A stretch of DNA of 64,000 nt. Origin: Tricharina praecox (lineage: Eukaryota). Every line of letters begins with the position of its first letter. Position 1 is the first letter of the stretch. Under the pieces are notes generated by a model. It was not told the DNA's origin and did not search any database. It saw nothing but the letters and a program-made list of their open reading frames with translations. The translations under genes were made by a program, and so were the position numbers. Location: the NCBI RefSeq assembly GCF_024521635.1, contig NW_026250417.1:372001-436000 (forward strand), read 5' to 3'. This document shows positions 35,829-46,831 of this stretch, one piece after another.

Positions 35829-38800
35829 GATTTCGGAGAGTGCGCAGCACAGTGAAGGAAATCGGAAGGCAAGGGGTGGTATGAAGATAGGAATGCGAGT
35901 GCTCAAGGACTCTGCGAGCGGCGCGCGGGCAGAGGACACTTTTTATGTGTCCGTTGTCACTCGCGCACATGCGGGTGGGGGGATAATAATAAGCACTGGA
36001 AAATGGGGAGGTGGGGGGGGCCGGCGGCACAGCACCATACAGCACCACAGCACCACAAAGATAAAATTCGCAAACAAAACAATAACAATAGACGAATAAT
36101 GTGCACGGGATTGAATCTCACCTGTGGATACGCAGAGACATACTGCACGCCAGTCTGAGGACGTGCTCGCGGCCTCGAGCGGGATCTCGCCCTCCTGCTC
36201 CTCTCATCATGCCAAGCGCACATTGTGAATTATTGCGAACCCGGTGCTACAGCTGGGATGGTCGGTGGTGGTGGTGAAGAGGTGTGCTGAAGAATGTCAG
36301 AGGCTGCGGGGGTGTGTGAAGGATTGGATTCGAATTCATACCTTTGGGTTTCGATGGCCGTTTCGAAGTGCGCGAACAAGAAGCTATGGGGAAGAAGGAG
36401 AGGAGGAGAAGAACGCAAAAAAGAAATCTGGCGATAGAGCTCCTTTCATACCACTGGTGAGGACGGGGCTCTTTTCTTTTGATTGAACGGGCAGGAAATT
36501 CTTTTACGTGCTGCACGCCCTAAGCCGGCCACCCGTCTGCCACCACCTCCTCCACCTCCACCACCACCACCTCCACCACCTCCTCCACTCCACTCTACCT
36601 TCACTCCACCTCCACCTGGCCTGGCTGGCCCGGCCGTCACAGGCGCACTCGTCCCGGAGAGAAAAAAAAGCCCTCGACGTGGCCATTGGGTGGTGTTGCC
36701 TAATTCTGCAGCTCACCAGCGCTTTCGCATGAACGCTGCAATGCAGCAGCTCAACACCGCGCAGGAAAAGAACCCTTCCATCGCAGCCTGAGAGATAGCG
36801 GCGGCCGTTCCCCCCCTCCCCATCACCTCCCACCACATCCGCATCCAATCCTCGACTCGCCAATGGCTGGAAATGCGACCCCGCGTCCGCGAGCTGCTGT
36901 GCTGCATCATGTTACCTGTACGGAGTCTCCTTAATTTTAAAAAGAATACCTGAGTCAAATAACCACATATCGATCCAAGTATGGTACATACCTGTGCCGC
37001 GTACAGTACCGTCATACTCTCGCAGATGACGATTGCGACTCTTCTGTTACATAGATACCACCGAGAGGGAGGGCTAAGGCAGCCTGCCTGCCTGGAGTAG
37101 AGTACTACCTAGGATTCTAAGTGCGATGGTAACCGAACCACGACCGGGACTGAAGGACGGACAAAATCCGCACCACTCCGACCGGCGGCCAACCCACCCA
37201 CCCATGGCCCAGCGATCATCACCGGCGCCACCCAGTCGATGCTACACCGACGTTTCTAGATTGTTTCGCTCGATGATAGGTAGAGGTCGGGACCGGAATG
37301 CAGGTCGCGTGTTGTCAATCGTCAATCGCAAAGGATGAAAGAAAAAAACAAATGAAAAAATATCCTACACAGGGAAAGATGATCGATAAAGAATATGTGT
37401 TTTCACCACAGCCAGCCGACTGAGCATAATCCATATGGCCAAATCCACAGGGCCAGCTCGACCACCAAAACGACCGACCGACCGAAACCCAAATTCCAAT
37501 GAGCAACCCGCCTCGCTACATATTTACATGCGCCGCCACCGCCAGCCTGCCGATTCCGCGACGTTGGTCAGCTTCGAAATTTCGAAATTCCGGAAGTGGT
37601 GGCATCGTTCCGAGCATGCCTACTTGGGGGGCTGTTGCTGTCCGCTGCCCACTCGTCCCGCACTCGAGAGACTGATGCTGATACTGATACCCACTTACTT
37701 CTTCAGCCGGTGCGGTGCCGGTGCGGCCTCGCGGGGCGTTCTTCACTCCAATCTACGATGCATACATGCACGACTGAGGCCGCCGCGCTGCGCCCCGGTA
37801 GAGTAGGTGCGGTACTCTACGGTAGGCTGGAGCCTGGCGGCCGCTGCCCTGCTGTCCTGCTGCAGCCCGCGCCCGCCGGGCTTCTCGGCTGCGACTATGA
37901 TAGGTTATCTACTCTAGTCTGTATTGCGGCCGAATAGTCATCGAACATGTCGTCCCCGCCCCGAACACCGGTTTGGTTTTTCCTGGACATCCCCCAATCG
38001 CTGCGACATTGGCTCCGCAGTCGCCAGTGTGAAACAAAACCTTAAAAGCCACCCAGGAATGCTACAGGCGTTTGTTGAACTGCCAGGCTCAGGGCTGTGC
38101 TAAATTGAGCACCGCCCGGGAGCCGGTAGCAGCGCTCGGGAAGTTCCTTCAGCTTGGACTCTGGAGTCGCTACGCGGCGATCACCGCGTAAAATAGTAGA
38201 GTGGTTACCGCCCACTTCAGCCGCAGTTTTGATGCTTCCATTCGTATTCTTTGAGACTTCTCCCGCCGCCAAATCAGAGCCTTCCATTGATAATCACTCG
38301 TCCCAGGCCCTACGGGTGTCCTTCTCGTATCTACAAGCTGCGGAAACAAGCTTGTCCACCACTCACACAACCCTGAGACCCCTGTGCACTGCACTGCACC
38401 TGCAGAACGAAAAACTGCAGACTTTTGCAGCACATGTCCACTCTCCGCATTGAACTGGCGAATACGACAATTTCCGATTGGACGTCCGTGGACTGGACCA
38501 ATGAAGTTGTGCTTGCACAGTGCACTGTGCAGACGGTGGAAACAAGAGGATGGAAACATAAACATAAACATCGGACAAATACGGGGATACTCCAGGGAGG
38601 GGAGGGGAGCGGATGGGAGGGAGGGGAGGAGGGGTTACATATGATAGTTATGACAGGCAGACAGACAGGACGTCATGATACCTATAACCTACGTACCTCC
38701 TCGCACGACGCTACATCCTACCGTACTGTTGCTATATATTGTCGACAACGTGGGATGCTCTCATCTTCAAGTTCTTCACTCTATTCCCCCCCCTCCCCCC

Positions 38801-40962
38801 AAGGCTAGTTAGGAGGAAGGTAGGAAAATTCGGGGCTCCGGCCGCACCGCTGCACCAGAGTCATCCAACCCACTCTATTATCTGTGCACGCCCTCGTGCC
38901 TCGTGCTTTTGCCGTACCTACTCTACATAGGTAGCTGTGGCGCTGTTGATCCCGCAGCAACTGGGACTGGGACGGAACCCCGCATAGCTTTTGTTTGCGG
39001 ATCAGGATTCGTATCTGATCACTTGCACCACTACAACATACAACACTCCACCGTACTGTCCAGGGTACGATTATATTCCTACTCGCTATATTAACGTACT
39101 CGAACAACGCATCACGAGATAATCACGTTCATACCCATTCATCATGTTTGCCACCGAGAGCCAGAGTCAAAGCACGGATCATGCCCCGGGCCGGAGAAGG
39201 TCTGTATGCCAGAAGAGCTCTCTACCCAAGAGCAAGAGCAAGGTTGAAGCTTCTCTCCCACGGATACGCACACGGACCACCACCACAAGGCTTATCGTAA
39301 CCGGTACTGCACAGTACTTCACTGCACATGTATCATGCACACGATCGCAATCGCAACCAGCAAGATTTGGCGTAGTAGCTGGAATCGGAATGTCACCTTA
39401 CCAAGGCCGCCGCCATATGTAACTAACTGGCAGCTGTCGACTACATTCCTACATACCTGGGCATACATACAAGTTGGCAACGAAGCTCATATATCGGTAA
39501 CCTAAGCTCCTCATCGATTCGATTCCATTCGATATCCGGATTCCGCCCGGATCTTTACTTTTTCGCACATAGGTAGCTCTTGCTTATGTCCCCCGTCCCC
39601 GCTCCTCGGAGAGCAAACCGTTTCGAATGCGTGAGTGAGTGAGTGAGTGATAGTCGGCAGATGTCTCGCCTCTATTATGTACCATCGGTGGTCTGGTCTG
39701 GTGATTTATGGTTTATCGATGAGACCCTTCTTCCTTCTTTGTATGTAGTAGTTCACCCGCGCCATCCGATGTTTTCATGCTCATGTTCACGTTCATGTAA
39801 GGGAAGGAAGGGGGGAAGAGGTGCGCCTTTTTTTTTTAATTTCCTACTTAAGGTTGAAATGGGATGGTGGGATGGGGTGGTGGGTTGGAATGGTGGGATG
39901 GGATGGTGGTGGGGATAGTGAATTGAGGTGGGATGTGGGATGGAAGTAAGGTAGGATGGATGTGGAAGCAAGGAGGATTTGTTTGTTTGTTTTGTTTGCA
40001 CACACCCTCTCGGGAGGCGGGGGGAAAAAATTAGGGAAAGATAGATGTAGTGGGTGGGAGAGATAAATAGATGGGATGAGCTCCAGTGGAGTCTGGAGAG
40101 TCTGCAGCCTGGAGAGTCTGGAGACGATGCGGGATGGGGGATGGGGAGAACTTTGTCCGAAGATGCCTAAGCTCGTGACTCGCAATCAGCGGTTCTGTGG
40201 GGGACCGCCCATCCGCCCATCATGATCCGATGTTTCAACTTTCAACAATCTTTCGTTGATCGTATGTATGTAGTTCTCGTCCTCCACCACCCACCACTAG
40301 CCCAGCTGAAATCCGAACCAGACGAACCGGACTGACCAAGCCCGCCGCACTCGGAGGAGCACCACTGCACTAGTGCGCAGACAATGCGCATGTTCAGCTC
40401 AGCCTGATGCGTGCGTTGTATGTATGTAGACGCCAATACCTACCCTTCTAGTGCAGCCTACCCGCCCGCCCGCCTACATACCCTACATATGTAAACCCCG
40501 CTCGCGATGACTGAGTCGTGGGTTGGAATACGGGCTTGAGTCATAAGCTCTTAATATAATACTGGTTCGCCAGCCTGCTGCGGAATGGTCCAATGGGTGG
40601 AGAGGTGGAGAGTGTAGAGTGTAGAGTATGCGTTGTCGACGGGTGAGATGAGTGAGATACATAGAAACGGGATTTGCCTATGACCCACGATTCGGAGGGT
40701 GGGCTGGAGCTAGGATTGTTTGGTCGATCATACGCGCATCATTCGGAACGACCTTTTTTTAGTGGAATCAGTAAATTGCATGCGAGCTGCGAGCTGGTTC
40801 GGTGCAGGAGATAGAGAGAGTGTATGAGAATATCCGTCTGGACCACAGCGAAAGGTAGGTTCGGAGCGGGATGTGCCAGGGAGCAGCCGTGCGGAACGGA
40901 GCTTGGAACTTGGAAAGTCGAGGTGAGGTGATCCGTCGTGACTCCGACTCCGACTCCCGACT

Positions 40963-41310
40963 CCAGCCAACGTCAACGCTGAATGAGTCTTGTAAGTTGT
41001 CGGTACTAGTCAGTACTACTGGGTACTAGAAGTTACAGGCCGAGTACATGACAAATTGAGCCTTGCCTCCCCCAATTGACTCTGACTCCAAACTCCGGCT
41101 CCAGCCAACGTCAACTTCAACGCTGGATGAGTCTTGTCGGTACTACTTAGTACCAGAAGTTGCAGCCTTGTAGAAGTGGTGCTTGACGTGCGGCGTCACA
41201 CCGGATTGAGTCTTGAGTCTTGCCTTCTCCCAATGCCCATTGACCTTGGACTGTTGACCCCAGCCAACGTCGACGTCAACACTGGATGAGTCTTGCCAGT
41301 ACCACTATGT
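40963..41310. repeat. Degenerate tandem repeat of about 140-160 bp (3 units; related copy at about 42501-42585)
   Basis: CCAGCCAACGTC...CTG(A/G)ATGAGTCTTG recurs at 40963, 41101 and 41260. GTACATGAC.AATT.AG.C.TGCCTC...GACTCTGACTCC occurs at about 41045 and about 42531. Confidence 0.8.
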
Positions 41311-41513
41311 GGCTCCACACAATTGCGTTGAATTTACTGTCCAACTAACTTTCTAGTATCCCCGCCGTTACCGGCCCATGCGAAGTTTGAAGTCCTGTGG
41401 CTCTTGGAGCATTTCAACGAACGCTTGACTACCTACCTAGATAACTAGTGATTTGGCACCAATCTCTACCCCTACATCCTTCCCACATTCTAATCCCGAA
41501 CACGCAGACAGGT

Positions 41514-41771
41514 GGCGGCCGCATGCGACTCCCTCGCGCCCCTGCCGCCCCGGGTTCCCCCAGCGGCCCCCCGTCGCTCGACTCATCACTCGACAGTCCC
41601 TCGAGCATGACCAGCTCGGGCATGTACCGCGACTACACCACCATTTCTCCGCAGCTCGCCGAGCCCGAGATCTTCGATCCCCATTCCTACACCGGCGCCT
41701 ATGGCTATGGCGCCCACCAGGACCGCTTCGCACCACCACCACCCCGCCCCGCCTCCGCCATGAAGCGCAAG
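41514..41771 (+). pseudogene. Inverted near-identical partial copy of exon 2 of the 34602-35828 gene (source 35334-35588)
   Basis: Both encode GRMRLPRAPAAPGSPSGPPSLDSSLDSPSSMTSSGMYRDYTTISPQLAEPEIFDPHSYTGAYGYGAHQDRFAPPP(P)RPASAMKRK. By eye they differ by two synonymous transitions and one CCA codon indel. Confidence 0.92.
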
Positions 41772-43236
41772 ACATCATACAGAAGACAGCCTCGCATCGC
41801 AACCCACACGACGAACGAAACGGAAATTCCAAAGAACAGCCAGACTTACCACCAATCAGTCCACCATTCCGGTACTGTTCCACGAGTGAGTGTCCGGTAT
41901 ATATGGTCGGGCAGAATGAAGGCGGATACGATACACAGGACCAGTTCAACGGCAAAACATTCGCTACATGTTACTCCGTTTGTTTGTTCTGGCCCTGCAA
42001 ATTTCCGCTCACTCTCACTCATTCCTACATAGGATGGAGGTCCTGCGGGTTCACCTGCTCCCCCGCGTGCGTGGTTTGCGACGCCGGCCTGTGCAGTGCG
42101 CGGTGGTTCCTCGTTGCTGAATGGGGAGTCCGGTACAGGGAAATTTTCCATCCTCCGCCGCTGTCCCGGGTGGGGTATGTGCTGCTACGTTGGGGGTAGA
42201 GTCCTCCTCCGTGCGGTGGTGCAAGCCCCCAGTCTCCATGCCGATTTTGTGATTGTGTGGCAGATGTTATGGTTTTGTGGCAGGTTTCGGGAGAGCTTGT
42301 ATATACCCGTTCGCAGTTTTCAGTGTTGAAATCTCCCGTTGGACTGGCGGGATGAGATGATGGGTTGGGTTGGGTCGACGCTGGAGACGGCTGCTTATAT
42401 ATAAACATTTTTGCGAGGGCGTAAATCCTCCTTCAACTTCATGGCTAGCTGTGCTTGAAGGATCGAGTTGAAACTTTGTGGCGGGATCGCATGTTGATTA
42501 GGTAGTAGATGTTACAGCCTCACGGGCGTGGTACATGACGAATTAAGTCCTGCCTCACCCCATTAATTCCGACTCTGACTCCCGAATCCAAGCTCGAAGT
42601 GCGGTTCGCACCCACCCCCCATCACCCATTCCCATCACCACCACCACCCTCCCACCGCAGGACGACCACGACACAAGGACGCTGGGCTCATCCACAATCC
42701 TCTATGTAGTATATATGCGGACGAGGACGACGACGAACAGCTAACTATTTCCGACGGCGCCCGGACTGCTGACGACTGAGTCCTAACGACTTATGGCTGA
42801 TGCAAGAAGTTGCGTGTCCCAGTGCCCACTGTTACTCGGTGGGAATGGAGAATCACGATAGGCCATTGGCGGCGAAAGAGTTCAGCCTCACGGGGCAGGG
42901 TGGGTTGGTGGGTGGGTTGGTGGGTGTCGCATGGCACGGCCCGGTCCGATATCATCGGTACGAATGTGGGTTGGTTCAACGTTACCGTGCCGCAATAGCT
43001 ACGGTCTTCCAACAGTGATTCTGGTTCAAGCTTCTGCTGCAGCTGGTTGTGTTTATTATTCATCACGAATGGACGCTCCAAACATCAATCGCTGCTTGTA
43101 ACTACAACACAACACTCTGGCCGCACGATGCGACAATACCTTCTGCCAACCTCCATTGAGCTTGAACGTCAACCTCTTCCCATTCAATGCACCTTACTCA
43201 TAAATTTCCAAATTTCTACACTGTAGCATATAAAAT

Positions 43237-43310
43237 GGCTTCATGGTGTAGTTGGTTATCACATGTGTCTAACACACACAAGGTCCCCAGATCGAGCCTG
43301 GGTGAAGTCA
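43237..43310 (+). tRNA. tRNA-Val (AAC, read as IAC)
   Basis: GGCTTCA/TGAAGTC acceptor stem, D-arm TGGTGTAGTTGGTTATCAC, anticodon arm TGTGT-CT-AAC-AC-ACACA, T-arm CCCAG-ATCGAGC-CTGGG and a T-rich terminator shortly downstream. Confidence 0.93.
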
Positions 43311-43772
43311 TCACAAATTTCCTTTTTCCCCGCCCTCCTTCCTTACATCTCCCCATTTTTTTCTCCGAGAGCACACTAACCTTAAAAGCAATGGATATCG
43401 TATGTAAAGCAAAAGCACAGAAACTCCGACTCCCTCGTAACTACCGAATAAAATAAACAACGCAGAAGAAAGAAAAAAAGAAAGGAAAGGAACTTCATCA
43501 AGTCGTAACGTAGCAGTAGAAGTAGAGAAGAGTACAGTACAGTAGATGGCATGACATGAAAGGAAAGCTCCCCTAACTACAAAGAAAGAAAATGGAAACC
43601 CAATTACTACGTACCAGCCCAGCCCGTGTAAATGCTCGCCCCTTAAGCAGACAAACAGACAAACAGACAAGCAAGACAAGACAACCGTGAGATGAGAAAA
43701 GAGAAACCCCCAAAACCAAAACCAAAGAAATCCACTCGGTAAATGTGTCCTCCAGAAGTGTGGAAGGTTAGT

Positions 43773-46700
43773 TTACCGCTTGCGGCTCTTGTTGTAGCGG
43801 CCGGCGGTCCACATGAGCAGCGGCGGGATGCTGGGCTGCGGCTTGGGGCGCGGTGGGTGTGGGTCGGGTGCGGTGACCACCATGGGAGGCAGGCGGCGCG
43901 GGGGTGCGTCGATCGGGGGAGGAGGGGGTGGGGGTGGCGAGGCGGGCTGTGCGATGGTGATGATCTCGACCACTGGAGGGGGAGGCGGAGGAGGAGGAGG
44001 AGGGGGAGGCGGTGGGGGAGCAGGAGCGGGCTCGGGCTCAGCGACCACCACGATTTCGGGAGCTGGTGGAGGGGGGGCAGGAGCGGGTTCCGGCTCCGGA
44101 GGTGGAGGTGGAGGAGGTGGAGGTGGAGGGGTTGGCTCCCTTGGGGGTTCAGGCTCGGGTTCGGGCACTGGTTCGGGCTCCGGAGGTGGTGGTGGTGGTG
44201 GTGGAGGTGGTGGAGGCGGCTCCGGCATCGGCCACATGTGCATGGTGACGAACCAGTCCGGCTCGATCACGGACTCCCACACCTGCGGGAGGATGATCTC
44301 GCCGGCGGGCCCATGAAGATCGTAGTGTCCGTCGATCACATGGGGTCCGATGAGGTCCACGTGAAGGAACGCCTGCTTGATCAATTCTTCCATACCCTGT
44401 TTGCAGATGTCAGCTTCAATCGTATAATGGTGTCATAGAGCGATATACGTACACTCCATGTTCGGCAGAGCTCAAAGGGAAATGAGAACTTTCTTCCAAC
44501 CGCGTCACGGAACTTGATAACAGCCTTCTGCCTCGCCCTGGCCGCAGCAGCAGCCTCCCTGGCCGCCCTCTCTTCAGCAGCCGCCACAGCAGCGAGCGTA
44601 GCCGCCTCCATTGCTTCCGCCCTGACAAAATCAAGCTCTGCCTGCCTTGCAGCCTCGGCAGCGGCAGCAGCTTCGGCCGCAGCAGCTGCAGCCTCGGCAT
44701 CAGCCTTCGCTTTTGCCTGCGCCTCGGCCAGAGCCTGTGCTGCCAACGCTTCTGCTTCTTCCTTTGCTTTAGCGGCAGCCGCATCAGCCTCCTCCTTTGC
44801 TTTAGCGGCAGCCGCATCAGCCTCCTCCTTCGCTTTTGCCGCCGCCGCCTCGGCCTCGGCCTTCGCGCGTGCCTCTTCCTCTTCCTTCAACCGAGCTTCC
44901 TCTTTCTTCTGCCGAGCGTCCTCCTCCCGTTGCCTAGCATCCTCCTCCGCCTGCCTCTGGCGCTCAATCTTTTCCAAGTGCCATTTCCTCTCGTCGTCAA
45001 GCATCTCCTGCCGAAGTTTCTTTTCAGCTTGGAGCATCTCCAGTCGCTCCTGAGCCTGCAACTCTGCTGCTGTTTTCTCCGGAGGCTTGTCAGTGTCGCT
45101 TCCAGGGCCACCAGGCGATGCTGTTCCAGGAAAAGGGACTGGGTGCCCACCAGGACCCAAGATCATCATCTGTTGCGGATGACCCGGATGGCCGGAGAAT
45201 GCGCCAGAAAAGTAGCCTTGGTTGTAGGGTCCATATGGTTGATAACCGTATGGAGAACCGTAAGGTGAACCATACATGCCGTTCTGCATGTTTTGCTGGT
45301 GCATTCGAGGAGAGAGTGGAGAGGTGGGGTGTCGCGGGTCGTGGTGTCGTGGGTCGTGGTGTCGCGGGTCTTGGTGGCGTGGATCGTGCCGCGGATCGTG
45401 TCGTGGATCCTGGCGTGGGTCGTGACGGGGATCGTGTCGTGGGTCGTGGCGGGGATCGTGGCGGGGGTCGTGCCGTGGGTCGTGCCGTGGGTCGTGTCGT
45501 GGGTCGTGCCGTGGATCTTGCATGTGTGGAGGGTAGCGCGGGTCGTGGTGTGGCTGTTGTCCGTAATGATAGGGTGTGATTTGTCCTGGATGTGCGGCCG
45601 CCGGGTGATGGGGTGGTTGTCCTGGGTATGCGTGCGGAGGGTAACCGTGAGGATCGAAAGGGTTTGGAGGAGGAGCACCCATCGGCGAGTAATGTCCTTG
45701 GCTGCTTGGAACAAGCGCAAACTGATTTTGTGCCGCAGCGCGAGGGTCTCTAGGATCCCGAGGGTCCCGCGGATCCCGAGGGTCTCTGGGGTCTCTGGGG
45801 TCTCGGGGATCGCGAGGATCCCGAGGGTCCCTCGCTTCATGTCGCGGATCGTGTCGAGGATCATGTCTAGGGTCCATTCGGGGGTCCATCCGGGGATCCA
45901 TACGAGGGTCCATGGCCATTCGGGGGTCCATTCGAGGGTCCATACGATGGTCCATCCGAGGGTCCATCGCCATCCGAGGGTCCATCCGGGGATCCATCCG
46001 AGGGTCCATCGCCATCCGAGGGTCCATCCGCGGGTCCATCCGAGGATCCATTGCCATTCGAGGATCCATTCGAGGGTCTACTCGCGGGTCCATACCGTAC
46101 GGCCCATAAGCAGGAGTAGCGCCAGGCGGCCAACCATGTGCAGGGCCAAGAGGAGCCGACGCAAGGCCTCGGCCGTACGTCGGGATCTCTTCGGTATCAC
46201 TGTCGGAATGAGACGAGTGGGCCGGAGTGGTTGGTGCAGGAGCTGCCGCCTGGTGTCGTGCACTGACACGGTGAGACCGCGCCGCGGTGGTCGGAGGAGA
46301 AGCATGGTGACTACGATGGGGGCTCATACGGCGCGACGCTGCACGGTGAATAGGAGCTGACCGACTGGAAGTACGCGGACGAGACGCTGAGTCCGATGGC
46401 ACGATGTCGTCCTCGCCTACCTCTTCCCAACCATCCCCGTCCTGCTCGAACGAATCCCCCGAATGATTTGTCGAGTATTCTGTGCGTGGATGGGGGGGAT
46501 GATGAGCGTAGTGCGGATGGTGTCCTACGGAGTGATGCGAATGGGCATGTTGAGGTAGATATGGGATGGCTTGCGGGTGGCCGAAACGATGGCTCGCCAC
46601 GTTCACACCGCTGCTCGCCGTCTCGTCTCCCTCGGATCCGAGGGAGGAAGACGACGAGCCATTCGTAGTCGACGTATGATCTATTGTGATATTGATACTA

Positions 46701-46831
46701 CGGCACTTGTGTTAGTGCCGGCCTCCGAAAACCGAGGCACGTTGAGATGGGTTGGGTTGGGTTGGGTTGAGTTGGGTTGAGGTTGAGGCCAGGGTTCGGG
46801 TTCGGAGTGTTTGTTTGTTTACTTACGGCAT
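43773..46831 (-). CDS. Repeat-rich protein (~957 aa) with a fungal ubiquitin-like domain (3 exons: 46831-46827, 46697-44453, 44396-43773)
   Basis: ATG CC|GTAAGT...ACTAAC...TAG gives MPINITIDHTSTTNGS.... The second intron splits VIKFRDAVGRKFSFPFELCRTWS|GMEELIKQAFLHVDLIGPHVIDGHYDLHGPAGEIILPQVWESVIEPDWFVTMHMWP, a conserved Pezizomycotina ubiquitin-like domain. It also has an Ala/Glu coiled coil and a poly-Pro tail. Confidence 0.88.

Noticed and set aside
40963..41310. Regularly spaced repeats suggesting a CRISPR-like array
   Set aside because: The units are degenerate, the intervening sequences resemble each other rather than being unique spacers, the context is eukaryotic and there are no cas genes.
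43286..43302. tRNA T-loop reads ATCGA instead of TTCGA, suggesting a pseudogene or initiator-like tRNA
   Set aside because: All stems pair and the anticodon arm is perfect. A54 variants occur in functional eukaryotic elongator tRNAs, so I treated it as a normal tRNA-Val.
43743..46360. Long antisense ORFs (Gly-, Ala- and Val/Arg/His-rich)
   Set aside because: These are shadows of the repetitive, GC-rich sense gene. The same applies to the antisense ORFs at 30021-30828 and 34932-35516.
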